A DNA stretch of 64,000 nucleotides from the human T2T-CHM13v2.0 reference genome, Homo sapiens. The notes under the pieces were generated by a model. The model saw only the letters and a list, made by a program, of their open reading frames with translations. It did not search any database and was not told the DNA's origin. The DNA is taken from assembly GCF_009914755.1 (NCBI RefSeq), contig NC_060947.1; one strand, 5' to 3'. Of this stretch, positions 1 to 13,923 are shown piece after piece. Made by a program: the position numbers and the translations under genes. Position 1 is the stretch's first letter. Each line of letters starts with the position of its first letter.

Positions 1-262
1 GAGCTGAAGCATCTGGGATGCACAGCATCATGTCCCTAGGCTACGCAAAGCAGGAGGGTCCTGGGCTAGGTCCAGGAAAGCATTTTTACCTTCTAGACCT
101 TCAGGCTTGTGATGGGAGGGGCTGCCATGAAGGTCTCTGAAATGCTCTGGAAACATTTTTTCCATTGTCTTGCTAGTTAACATTTGACTCTCTGTTATTA
201 ATGCAATTTTCTTCAGTGGGATTGAATTTATCCCCAGAAAATGTTTTTCTTTTCTGTCATAT

Positions 263-1265
263 TGAGAGGTGACAATGTGCTAGCAGCCCTCACTCTCGGC
301 ACCTCCTCAGCCTCGGCGTCCACTCTGGCCACACTCAAGGAGCCCTTCAGCCTGCTGCTGCACTGTGGGGGCCTTTGGGGCTGGCTGAGGCTGGAGCCAG
401 CTCCCTCTGCTTGCCGTGAGGTGGGGAGGGAGAGGCGTGGGCAGGAGCGGGGCTGCGTGCGGCGCTCACAGGCCAGTGTGGGTTCCAGGTGGGCACGGGC
501 TCAGTGGGCCCTGCACTCAGCACGGCCGGCCGGCGACTGCTGGGCTTGACTGGAGGATGAGCTCCCTCTGGGCTGCCAGAGTGCCTGGGCTAGGTGCCGC
601 AAAGACCCATGGTGAGTGCCATTGAAAGGTGAAGCCAAGGTTTATAAATGCACCAATCAGTGCTCTGTGTCTAGCTAATCTAGTGGGGACTTGGAGAACT
701 TTTCTGTCTAGCTAAAGGATTGTAAACGCACCAATCAGCACTCTGTGTCTAGCTAAAGGTTTGTAAATGCATCAGTCAGTGCTCTGTGTCTAGCTAATCT
801 GGTGGGGACTTGGAGAACTTTTGAGTCTAGCTAAAGGATTGTAAGTGCACCAATCAGCTCTCTGTAAAACGGACCAATCAGCTCCCTGTAAAATGGACTG
901 ATCAGCTCTCTGTAATATGGACCAATCAGCAGGATGTGGGTGGGCCAGATAAGGGAATAAAAGCAGACCACCCGAGCCAGCAGCGGCAACCTGCTCAGGT
1001 CCCCTTCCACACTGTGGAAGCTTTGTTCTTTTGCTCTTCGCAATAAATCTTGCTGCTGCTAACTCTTTTGGTCTGTGCCACCTTTATGAACTGTAACGCT
1101 CACCGCAAAAGTCTGCAGCTTCACTCCTGAGGCCAGCGAGACCACAAACCCACCGGAAGGAATGAGCAACTCCAGATGCACTTAAGAACTGTAACACTCA
1201 CTGCGGGGGTCTGCAGCTTCATTCTTGAAGTCAGCAAGACCAAGAACCCACCAATTCCACACACA
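263..1265 (+). mobile_element. LTR12-family (ERV9) solo LTR, LTR12D-like
   Basis: Starts TGAGAGGTGAC, ends CCAATTCCACACACA; 4-bp TSD ATAT (259-262, 1266-1269); GC-rich 5' part; CACCAATCAG...TCTAGCT repeats. Confidence 0.93.
645..1047 (+). promoter_or_regulatory. LTR12 enhancer/promoter: CCAAT (NF-Y) array, GATA/TATA-like box, poly(A) signal
   Basis: CCAAT at 653, 731, 850, 874 and 922; GATAAGGGAATAAAAG at 948-963; AATAAA at 1042. Confidence 0.7.
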
Positions 1266-1702
1266 ATATCATCAGGCTACAATTTTTCAAATTTTTATGC
1301 TGTGCTTCCTATTGAATGCTTTGCCACTTAGAAATTTCTTTCAACAGTTACCCTAAATGATCTCTCTCAAGTTCAAAGTTCCATAGATCCCTAGGGCAGG
1401 GGCAAAACGCCACCAGTCTTTTTGCTAAAGAATAGCAAGAATCACCTTTATTTCAGTTCCCAAGAAGTTCCTCATCTCCATCTGAGATCATCTCAGCCTG
1501 GACTTCATTGTCCATATCACTATCAGCATTTAGTGAAAGCCATTCAACAAGTCTCCAGGAAGTTCCAAACTTTCCCACATTTTTCTCTCTTCTGAGCTGT
1601 CAAAGTTATTACAACCTCTGTCTGTTACCCAGCTTCAGAGTTGCTTCCACATTTTCAGTTATCCTTACAGCAGAGCCCCACTACCTCCTAGTACCAATTT
1701 AC

Positions 1703-2060
1703 TGTGTTCATTTATTCTTATGCTGCTATAAAGAAATGCCCATGACTGGGTAATTTATAAAGGAAAGAGGTTTAATTGACTCACAGTTCAGCATGGCTTG
1801 GGCGGCCTCAGGAAACTTACGATCATAGTGGAAGGGGAAGCAAACACATCCTTCTTCACATGATTGCAGGAAGGAGAAGCGCCAAAGACCCTTATAAAAC
1901 CATTAGATCTCATGAGAACTCACTCACTGTCACAGCAGCATGGGGGTAACTGCCCCCATAATTCAATTACCTTCCACCAGGTCCCTCCCACAACATGTGA
2001 GAGTTATGGGAACTACAATTCAAGATGAGATTTGGGTGGGGATGCAGCAAAATTATATCA
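1703..2060 (-). mobile_element. THE1 (C/D-like) 5' LTR of the MaLR provirus
   Basis: Reverse complement starts TGATAT...CCCCACCCAAATCTCATCTTGAATTGTAGTTCCC; ~360 bp. Confidence 0.9.
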
Positions 2061-2519
2061 AGTGGTCAATAATGTGAAATGCTGCAGAAAGTCTCAGTAA
2101 TATCAAGTTTAAAAACAAGGCACAGAATTTGGCATAAATAGTACTTTAGTGTCCTTGCTGATATAAGTTTCTTCTTGTGGGTCTGAATGAAATTCATTTA
2201 TATTGCCAACAACACTACCTCAAATAATTCCTAAAGGCTCTTTTTGAAAATTCGTTTAAATTGGTTCTCCTATTTAAAAAGCCACATAAATTTAAACATA
2301 AATATCCCACACTGCATGTTACAACAAGTTGAAGGCCCAGAATCAAATAAAATTCTCTTCTGATTGAGCTTCATAGAAGAATGTAAAACAAATCAACTTT
2401 TTTTTTCTTTACTGCTATTTGTTAATCTGTGCATGGTACTCAAAATTGTTTAGAAACAGTCAGGCAGATTGGACCAATGCTAGGAACTTCCAAAAATGAT
2501 GTAAGGTTGAGTAACTCAT

Positions 2520-2720
2520 AGTAAACAATAACTTAGTTGTACATTTAAAGACAACTAAAAGAGTGTAATCATTATTTGCAACTCAAAGGATAAATGCTTG
2601 AGGAGATGGATATCCAATTCACTATGATGTAATTATTTCACTTTGCATGCCTGTTTCAAAACATTTCATGTATGCCATAAATATATACACCTACAGTGTA
2701 TTCACTAAAATTAGAAAATA
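2520..2720 (+). mobile_element. L1MA-type 3' end fragment
   Basis: AAAGGATAAATGCTTGAGG...ATAAATATATACACCTAC 3' UTR motifs. Confidence 0.7.
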
Positions 2721-2760
2721 GGAAACTAAGCAAAACAAAACAAAACAAAACTTGTGTTTG

Positions 2761-5897
<3,137 letters not shown>

Positions 5898-7739
5898 CTT
5901 GTGTTTGGGGCAGTTTTTCCAGTTTCACTGAAAAGTTTTACTTGATAAATCTAATAAAAAATGGTAAGAGGATGAGACTTGAGGAGTGTAGAGTCTGGAT
6001 GTCATTTCTCCTAGTCATTTTTAAATTCATTCTTGTATCTAGAGAAAAAGATCCTTTGTTAAGCACCTTGGCTGCTTTTCTATCTTTGTCTCCAGGCCCT
6101 TGCATTCAAAGATGAGTTTATCTAGAAATGTTCAATTCAAGCGATTGCTTAATTGTGATAGAGATGTGGGGGGAATTGGCTTTTGTGCAAACCGTAATAA
6201 TGCTGTGGATCTAGTCTTTTTAGAAATGGTTCAACCAGTCCAATATCAATATAGCTGCTTATTACTCTATTCACTTACTTCAAAGTGGCATTTGTTTTGA
6301 GTAAGACTTTATTTAATTCTTACCGTTAGCTTGAAACCATAGAGATCTTCTCTCTATTTGCCCTACTTCCTTCAAAAGTCAAATGACCTCCTACAAATAA
6401 AAGACGTTCTTATTTTCATTTCATATTTGAATGAGTATTTGTTCATTTTATTTGAATGTTATAAGTATAAAAGCACTGAGAAACAAAATATTAAGTACTT
6501 GAAATTTTGGAGAAAAAAAGTAAGAATAACTAAAAACCATATAGTATGGTACCTCATAAAAGTTAGGGTAGATTTGCATTTTAAAATTGCTCATAAGACA
6601 AAAAAATGTAGACTTTTCCCTGAGGCTCAGTGTGTAATTGTGGTGACATGTATTCAGTAGTATGATAAATTTTGCAGGACAATCTTTAAAATAAGATTAT
6701 CTCTGAGCGACTAGCCAGGATGACCAATTATATTTAGAACTAAGCTATTTTCTTTGCTCCCAAGATCACTTTGTATCCCGAAGAATTAGTAACAGGAGTC
6801 TGAATATCTGATGACCAGATTACTCAATAATTTCAAGAGTAAGTAGGAAAGGACAAAATACACATCAAAGGTAGCTGGTACAAATGCTAGCTCTGATTAT
6901 AGTAGACTGGAAAGGAGGAAAAAACCACAACTTTAGTTATTTTTTCTAGAAAGCCAACTTGATTTCATATGAGTAGATGTATTAGAATTCTGAAATGATA
7001 TTTGATATTCTATCTAAATTACATGGTATCAATCATGCCATTTCTAAGGGCTTGCTCTAACCAATATTTAGCACAATGAAAGCAAAGATTATTTTCTAAC
7101 ACCTATTAGTTCATGCAGCCTTCTTTTTGCAATGTGGATGAAGAGAAGTAACCTGTAAAAGGAGGAAATGGAGGATGAAAAAATGGTAAGGACTTTTCAT
7201 CTGGTTCCTGCAGGCTTTTTGTGTGGCTTGTCCTTGATTGCTGCCAGTGACTTCACATAATGTGTTTCTCATTCATTTACTCTGTCTCCTTGCATCTCCT
7301 GTACTGAAAGCCAGACTTTAAAATAAAGATAGTCAGCTTTCAGGAGAGGAAAAACAGTAACAACGACAACAACAAAAGCAAAAACAAAAAAACAAAAAAA
7401 CCTCTGTGCTTGTAGTTTGAAAGGTATTTGAACCTGTCAGAAAATTATTAGACAAATTCTGAAAGGAATGCTAAACACTACAAAAAATTATTTTTGACAA
7501 AGAAAACTCCTTGTGGGGTTACACTTGAAAGATAAAACTTTGAGGAAAAAAAATAGTGCATTATATAAAAAAAGGGTGAGGAAAGATTTACTGTTTTATT
7601 GTATATCTAATATATGGTCCTCCTAGTATAAGTGAGTTCAAAGCTATTATAGAGTAAAAAAAAAAAACTTCTTTAAACACAAATGAAGTTTTATATTCAA
7701 ACAAATTTATTAATTTGCTTCACAAATCAAACCATTTAC

Positions 7740-8045
7740 ACTGGGGGTCAGCAAATTACAGAACTCTGGCCAAATCCAGCCCAATTCCTGTTTTTATGCA
7801 GGCCTTGAGTCAAGAATGGTTGACAGATGAACATTAGCAATTGATTTGATACAGGGAACACTAACTTTGAACCCCAAGTAAGCAAATATCCAGTCACAAT
7901 AAGAGTCATTATTTTTATTAGATTTTCATTAAAATAATTGTACTCAATTTTTATATTTTGAATTTCATCAATACAAATATTGTAGAAACTTGTTTTCCTT
8001 TCTGTTAACGTTGCCTATTGGCCCACAAAGCCTAAAATATTTATT
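7740..8045 (+). mobile_element. MER58-family hAT DNA transposon remnant
   Basis: GGGGTCAGCAAA...GGCCAAATCCAGCCC start and GGCCCACAAAGCCTAAAATATTTA end. Confidence 0.65.
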
Positions 8046-8078
8046 GTTAGCTAATCATTCTAGATTGCATTTGTTATC

Positions 8079-8528
8079 TATCATGCACTTCCGTGTGAAG
8101 AGACCACCAAACAGGCTTTGTGTGAGCAACGAGGCTGTTTATTTCACCTGGGTGCAGGTGGGCTGAGTCTGAAAAGAGTCAGTGAAGGAAGATAGGGGTG
8201 GGGCCGTTTTATAGGATTTGGGTAGGTATAGGAAAATTACAGTCAAAGGGGGGTTGTTCTCTGGCGGGCAGGAGTAGGGGTCACAAGGTGCTCAGTGGGG
8301 GTGCTTTTTGAGCCATGATGAGCAGGAAAAGGACTTTCACAAGATAATGTCATCACTTAAGGCAAAGACCAGCCATTTATACTTCTGTTGTGGTGGAATG
8401 TCATCAGTTAAGGTGGGGCAGGGCATATTCACTTCTTTTGTGATTTTTCAGTTACTTCCGGCCATCTGGTCGTATCCGTGCAAGTCACAGGGGATGCGAT
8501 GGCTTGGCTTGGGCTCAGAGGCCTGACA
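8079..8528 (-). mobile_element. HERV-H 3' LTR (LTR7)
   Basis: Reverse complement starts TGTCAGGCCTCTGAGCCCAAG; preceded by the PPT AAGAAGGCAGGAA (8529-8541). Confidence 0.95.
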
Positions 8529-9191
8529 TTCCTGCCTTCTTATATTAATAAGAAAAATAAAACAAAATAGTGTTGAAGTGTTGGGGTGGCAAAAATTTTG
8601 GGGGGGTGGTATGGAGAGAAAATGGGCGATGTTTCTCAGGGCTGCTTCAAGCGGGATTAGGGGCCGCATGGGAACCTAGAGTGGGAGAGATTAAGCTGAA
8701 GGGAGGTCTTGTGGTAAGGGGTGATATTGTGGGGATGTTACAAGAAACATTTGTCGTACAGAATGATTGCTGATGGCCTGGATACGGTTTTGGATGAATT
8801 GAGAAACTAAATGGAATAAGAGAAGGAGAAAAACAGGTATAAAAGGTCTAAGAATTGGGATGACTCAGGATATCTGATTAGAGAGTGCCTAAGGAGATTC
8901 AGCAGAGTCCTGCCAGCAAAGATTATTTATTTACTTCAAGAGTTAAGAGTGGCAGTTTGGGGATAGCACCAGGAGATATCACCTGTGATGGCTTGGAAAA
9001 ACAATGTAAACCGGCAGTGTAAACAAGAGCAGGGCATGTATTAGTAGTTGAGAACGGTGAATAGGAGTATGACTAGACAGAAGATAGCAGGGATGACAAG
9101 TTCTTTGGGGCACAGTCTAAGTTGGTCTGGTGTCTGCAATGAGACTGGGGCCTAATAAAAAGGAGCGTCTATACAGGAGCTTAAATGGGCT

Positions 9192-10904
9192 TTACCCTGT
9201 AGCATTCTGAAGACAGGCCTGAATTCTGAGAAGGGAAAGTGGTAAAAGTATTGTACAGTCCTTTTTAAGTTGGTGGCTGAGCTTGGTGAGGTGTGTTTTT
9301 AAAAGACCTTTAGTCCATTCTACTTTTCTTGAAGATGGAGGACCATAGGGGATATAAAGGTTTCCCTGAATACTAAGAGCCTGAAAAGCTGCTTGGCTGA
9401 TTTGACTAATAAAGGGTGGTCTGTTATCCAACTGTATAGAGGTGGGAAGGCTAAACTGAGGAATTATGTCTGACAGGAGGGAAGAAATGACTGGGGTGGC
9501 CTTCTCAGACCCTGTAGGAAAGGCCTTTACTTATTCAGTGAAAGTGTCTATTTAGACTAAGAGGTATTTTAGTTTCCTGACTCGGGGCATGTTGAGTAAA
9601 GCTAATTTGCCAGTCCTGGGTGGGGGCAAATCCTCGAGCTTGATGTGTAGGGAAGGGAGGGGGCCTGAATAATCCCTGAGGAGTAGTAGAATAGCAGATG
9701 GAACACTGAGAAGTTATTTCCTTGAGGATAGATTTCCACGATGGAAAGGAAATGAGAGGTTCTGAGAGGCGGGCTAGTGGCTTGTACTATAGCATAGCCT
9801 GCCTTTGCTGGTGTGTGGTGATTAGGCCTGGTAGAACTGCCATCAATAAATCAAGCGTGATCAGGGTGAGGAACAGGAAAGAAGGAAATATGGGGAGATG
9901 GGGTGAATATCAGGTGGATCAGAGAGATACAGTCATGGGGGTCAGGTGTGGTATCAGGAATAATGTGAGAGGCCAGATTGAAGCCTGGGCCAGGAACAAT
10001 GGTAATTGTGGGACTTAAAGAGTGAGTACAGCTGAGGGAGCTGGGGAGCAGAAAGTATATGCGTCAGGTATGAGGAAGACAATAGATTTTGGAAGTTATG
10101 AGAAATGTAGAGAGTGAGTTGAGCATAGTTTGTGATTTTTAGGGCCTCTAACAGTATTAAAGCAGTGGCAGCCCCTGCACGCAGACATGAGGGCTAGGCT
10201 AAAACAGTAAGGTCAAGTTATTTGGACAGAAAGCCTACACGGTGTGGTCCTGGCTCTTGTGTAAGAATTCTGACCGCACTAACCATGCCTAGGAAGGAAA
10301 GGAGTTGTTCTTTTGTAAGGGATGGAGGTTTGGGAGATTAATCAGACACGATCAGCAGGGAGAGCACGTGTGTTTTTATGAGAATTATGCCGAGATAGGT
10401 AACAGATGAGGATGAAATTTGGGCTTGACTGAAGTAATGGGGGCTGTCTGTGAAGCCTTGCGGCAGTACAGCCCAGGTAATTTGCTGAGCCTAATGGGTG
10501 TCAGGGTCAGTCTAAGTGAAGGCAAAGAGAGGCTGGGATGAAAGGTGCAAAGGAATAGTAAAGAAAGCATGTTTGAGATCTAGAACAGAATAATGGGTAG
10601 TAGAGGGAGGTATTGAGGATAGGAGAGTATATGGGTTTGGCAGCACGGGGTGGATAGGCAAAACAATTTGGTTGATAAGGCGCAGATTCTGAACTAACTT
10701 GTAAGCCTTGTCTGGTTTTAGGACAGGTAAAATGGGGGAATGGTAAGGAGAGTTTATAGGTTTTAGAAGCCCATGCTGTAGCACGCAAGTGATAACAGGC
10801 TTTAATCCTTTTACAGCATGCTGTGGGATGGGATATTGGCATTGAGTGGGGTAAGGGTGATTAGGTTTTAATGAGATGGTAAGGGGTGCGTGATCGGTCA
10901 CCAA
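9192..10904 (-). pseudogene. HERV-H pol remnants (RT N-terminus, integrase)
   Basis: QYPIP...SPYHSPILPVLKPDKAYKLVQNLR...LDLKHAFF (RT); DNRPPFISQI...SSRKVEWTKGLLKTHLTKL (IN); stops and deletions. Confidence 0.88.
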
Positions 10905-11057
10905 GGAGGGAGTAGAGGTATCTTATACTTGTGGGTTAAGGTGGGGGAATACTAGAGGAGGATGCAAAGGAGGCTTTGGATTGGGAAGAAGGGCAGCAAT
11001 GAGATGTGGCTATAGTCCAGGAATAGTCAGGGAAGCAGATAATTTGGTTAAAATATC

Positions 11058-11282
11058 TCAGCCTAATAAGGGAACTGGGCAGGTGGGGATAACTAAAAAA
11101 GAGTGCATAAAAGAGTATCCTCTAATTTGGCACCAGAGTTGGGGAGTTTTAAGAGGTTTAGAAGCCTGGCTGTCAATACCCACAATAGTTATGGAGGCAA
11201 GGGAAACAGGCCCTTGAAAAGAAGGTAATGTGGAGTGGGTAGCCTCCGTATTGATTAAGAAGGGAACGGACTTACCCTCCAC
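11058..11282 (-). pseudogene. HERV-H protease remnant
   Basis: FLINTEATHS (degenerate DTGA) ... PTCPVPLLG. Confidence 0.85.
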
Positions 11283-11362
11283 TGTGAGAGTTACCTAAAG
11301 CTCGGCATCTGTGATGGTCTACCGGGCTTCTGAGGCGATCAGGCAGCATCAGTCTTCAGCCG

Positions 11363-11950
11363 CTAAGCCAAGAAGGAGTCAGTCAGAGAGCCTTGGGCCA
11401 GAGTTCCAGGGGCTCTGGGAGTGGCTGCCAGGTGAGTTGAACAGTCCAATTTCCAGTGGGGTCCCGCACAGATGGGACACGGCTTAGGAGGAATCCTGGG
11501 CTGCAGGCATTCCTTGGCCTGGTGGTCAGATTTCTGGCACTTGTAGCAAGCTCCTGGGGGAGGAGGTTCTGGAGGAATGCCTGGCTGCTGCGGTTCAGGC
11601 GTTTGGAAGTTCTTGTGTGCTGGATATGTGGCTGGGGTTTGTCTCACAGTGGAGGCAAGGAATTGCAACTTTTTTTTTTATTATTGTACACCTTGAAGGT
11701 GAGGTTAATTAAGTCCTGTTGTGGGGTTTGAGGGCCAGATTCTAATTTTTGGAGTTTTATTTAATGTCGGGAGCAGATTGGGTAATAAAATGTATATTGA
11801 GAATAAGATGGCCTTTTGACCTTTTAGGGTCTAGGGCTGTAAAGTGTCTCAGGGCTGCTGCCGAACGAGCCATGAACTGGGCTGGGTTTTTATATTTGAT
11901 AAAAAAGAGCCTAAACGCTTCTGATTTGGGATAAAGAAAAAGGAGCATTA
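11363..11950 (-). pseudogene. HERV-H gag remnant with two NC zinc knuckles
   Basis: CYKCQKSDHQAKEC and CPICAGPHWKLDC; HFITQSAPDIK capsid motif. Confidence 0.88.
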
Positions 11951-12599
11951 ACCTTGACTATGCCTTTGGCTCCAGCCACCTTTTTAAGAGTAAATTGCTG
12001 GGCAGGTCGGAGAGGGTTAGTCAAAGAATGAAACTGTAAGCAGGACCAGGTGTGAGGAGGGGAGGCAATAAAAAGATTACAGGGTGGAGGAGTGGAGGCT
12101 GAGGAATAATTGGGACCTAGTTTGGCCTGGCGAGGAGGGGAGAGGTCAGATGGGTCTGTAGAAAAGGAAGATTAGAAAGACTCAGTGACGCTTGGGGTTG
12201 GGACTGAGGGGACAGGCAGGAGGGAAAGAAGGAAGATTTGGGACGAGCTGCACTGGGCACAGAGACTAGGAAGGGACTGATGTGTAAAAGAATGCCTGGA
12301 CATCAGGCACCTCAGACCATTTGCCTATTTTATGACAAGAATTATTTAGATCTTGTAGGATGGAAAAATTGAAAGTGCCATTTTCCGGCTATTTGGAACT
12401 ACTGTCGAGTTTGTATTGGGGTCAAGCGGCATTGCAGAAGAAAATAAGATGCTTAGATTTTAGGTCAGGTGAGAGTTGAAGAGGTTTTAAGTTCTTAAGA
12501 ATATAGGCTAAGGGAGAAGAAGGAGGAATGGAAGGTGGAAACTTGCCCATAGTGAAGGAGGCAAGCCCAGAGAAAAGAGTAGAGACACGGAGAAGAGGT

Positions 12600-13010
12600 T
12601 GGGGGTTCTTGCCCTCCAGAAAAGCAGAGAAAGGGTTGGGGCATGGAAATAAGGAATTGGGGCACAGAGATAAGAGGTTGGGGTGCAGAAATAAGGGATT
12701 GGGGCACAGAGATAAGAGATCAGGGTTCAGAAATAAGGGATTGGGGAGTTCTTGCCCCCTAGGAAAGCAGGACTTGCTGCTAAGGGTGAAGGAGAAGGGG
12801 TTGAGGGGTACTTGCCCCTCCCCCAGAAAAGCAGAGAAGGGGTAGAGACATGGAGAGAAGGGGTTGGGGTACTTGCCCTTTCCCCAGAAAAGCAGAGAAG
12901 GGGTAGAGACAAGGAGAGAAGGGGTACTTGCCTTTTCCCTGGAAAAGCAGAGAAGGGGTAGAGACAAGGAGAGAAGGGGTTGGGGTACTTGCCCCTTCCC
13001 CTGAAAAGCA
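12600..13010. repeat. Tandem repeats in the HERV-H leader (~55-61-bp and ~41-bp units)
   Basis: Three AAAAGCAGAGAAGGGGTAGAGAA/C-type units at 12821-12997; GGGGCACAGAGATAAGAG...GAAATAAGGGATT units at 12640-12745. Confidence 0.85.
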
Positions 13011-13317
13011 GGACTTTCCGCTAAGGGTGAAGGACCAAGGCAGGTGTACCTGCGTGGTCTGACACCCTTGAAACGTGGGTGAATAATCAGAGAGGTGTCC
13101 CTGCAATGATTAAACACCAAGGGAAAGCTGCCTTCCCAGTCCGTGACTGGCGCCGGAGTTTTGGGTCCATGGATAAAACATGTCTCCTTTGTCTCTACCA
13201 GAAAATGAAAGGAATTGAAATTAAGAGAAGGGAGAGATTGAAGTGTAGCACCAAGATTGAAAGGAGAAAGAGGTTGAGGGATAGTGAGGGAAGTTGGAGA
13301 AGAGAGTAAAAAGAGGC

Positions 13318-13328
13318 CGCTTACCGGA
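13318..13328 (-). other. HERV-H major splice donor
   Basis: Minus strand TCCG|GTAAGC, GT at 13324-13323, about 130 nt past the PBS. Confidence 0.75.
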
Positions 13329-13450
13329 TTTGAAATTGGTGAGATGTTTCTTGGGCTGGTCGGTCTGAGGACCTGAGGTCATAGGTGGATCTTTCTCACG
13401 GAGCAAAGAGCAGGAGGACAGGGGATTGATCTCCCAAGGGAGGTCCCCCA

Positions 13451-13468
13451 ATCCAAGTCACGGCACCA
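13451..13468 (-). other. Primer binding site, tRNA-His
   Basis: TGGTGCCGTGACTTGGAT, one CpG-type mismatch to the His PBS TGGTGCCGTGACTCGGAT. Confidence 0.92.
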
Positions 13469-13470
13469 AA

Positions 13471-13923
13471 TTTCATGCGCATCTGTGTGAAGAGACCACC
13501 AAACAGGCTTTGTGTGAGCAACATGGCTGTTTATTTCACCTGGGTGCAGGCGGGCTGAGTCCGAAAAGAGAGTCAGTGAAGGGAGATAGGGGTGGGGCTG
13601 TTTTATAGGATTTGGGTAGGTAAAGGAAAATTATAGTCAAAGGGGGGTTGTTCTCTGAAGGGCAGGAGTGGGGGTCGCAAGGTGCTCAGTGGGGGTGCTT
13701 TTTGAGCCAGGATGAGCCAGGAAAAGGACTTTCACAAGGTAATGTCATCACTTAAGGCAAGGACCGGCCATTTGCACTTCTTTTGTGGTGGAATGTCATC
13801 AGTTAAGGTGGGGCAGGGTGTATTCACTTCTTTTGTGATTCTTCAGTTACTTCAGGCCATCTGGGTGTATACGTGCAAGTGACAGGGGATGCGATGGCTT
13901 GGCTTGGGCTCAGAGGCCTGATG
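13471..13923 (-). promoter_or_regulatory. HERV-H 5' LTR (LTR7, LTR7up-like) promoter
   Basis: Two intact CACAAAAGAAGTG blocks; TATAAAA box and GC/GT box on the minus strand. Confidence 0.9.

Larger units (their letters stand above)
1..1702 (-). mobile_element. THE1/MST-type MaLR internal sequence, split by LTR12 at 263-1265
   Basis: Reverse complement next to the LTR starts GTAAATTGGTAC, as in THE1-int; sequence reads continuously across the LTR12 insertion. Confidence 0.85.
8079..13923 (-). mobile_element. HERV-H provirus, ~5.8-kb deleted (RTVL-H2-like) form with both LTRs
   Basis: Two ~450-bp LTR7 copies, His PBS, PPT, gag/pro/pol remnants; TSD TTATC at 8074-8078 and 13924-13928. Confidence 0.97.

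Noticed and set aside
241-625. GC-rich ORFs of 102 and 69 aa
   Set aside because: Lie within the LTR12 GC-rich U3; chance frames, not a gene or a genic CpG island
645-930. Regularly spaced short repeats resembling a CRISPR array
   Set aside because: Standard LTR12 enhancer repeats; no unique spacers or cas genes; eukaryotic context
13451-13468. tRNA-like sequence
   Set aside because: Only the 18-nt PBS complementary to tRNA-His, not a tRNA gene
8079-13923. Identifying this locus as ESRG or another named HERV-H lncRNA gene
   Set aside because: It lacks the ESRG ATG, has an internal stop and different repeats; the locus cannot be named without mapping
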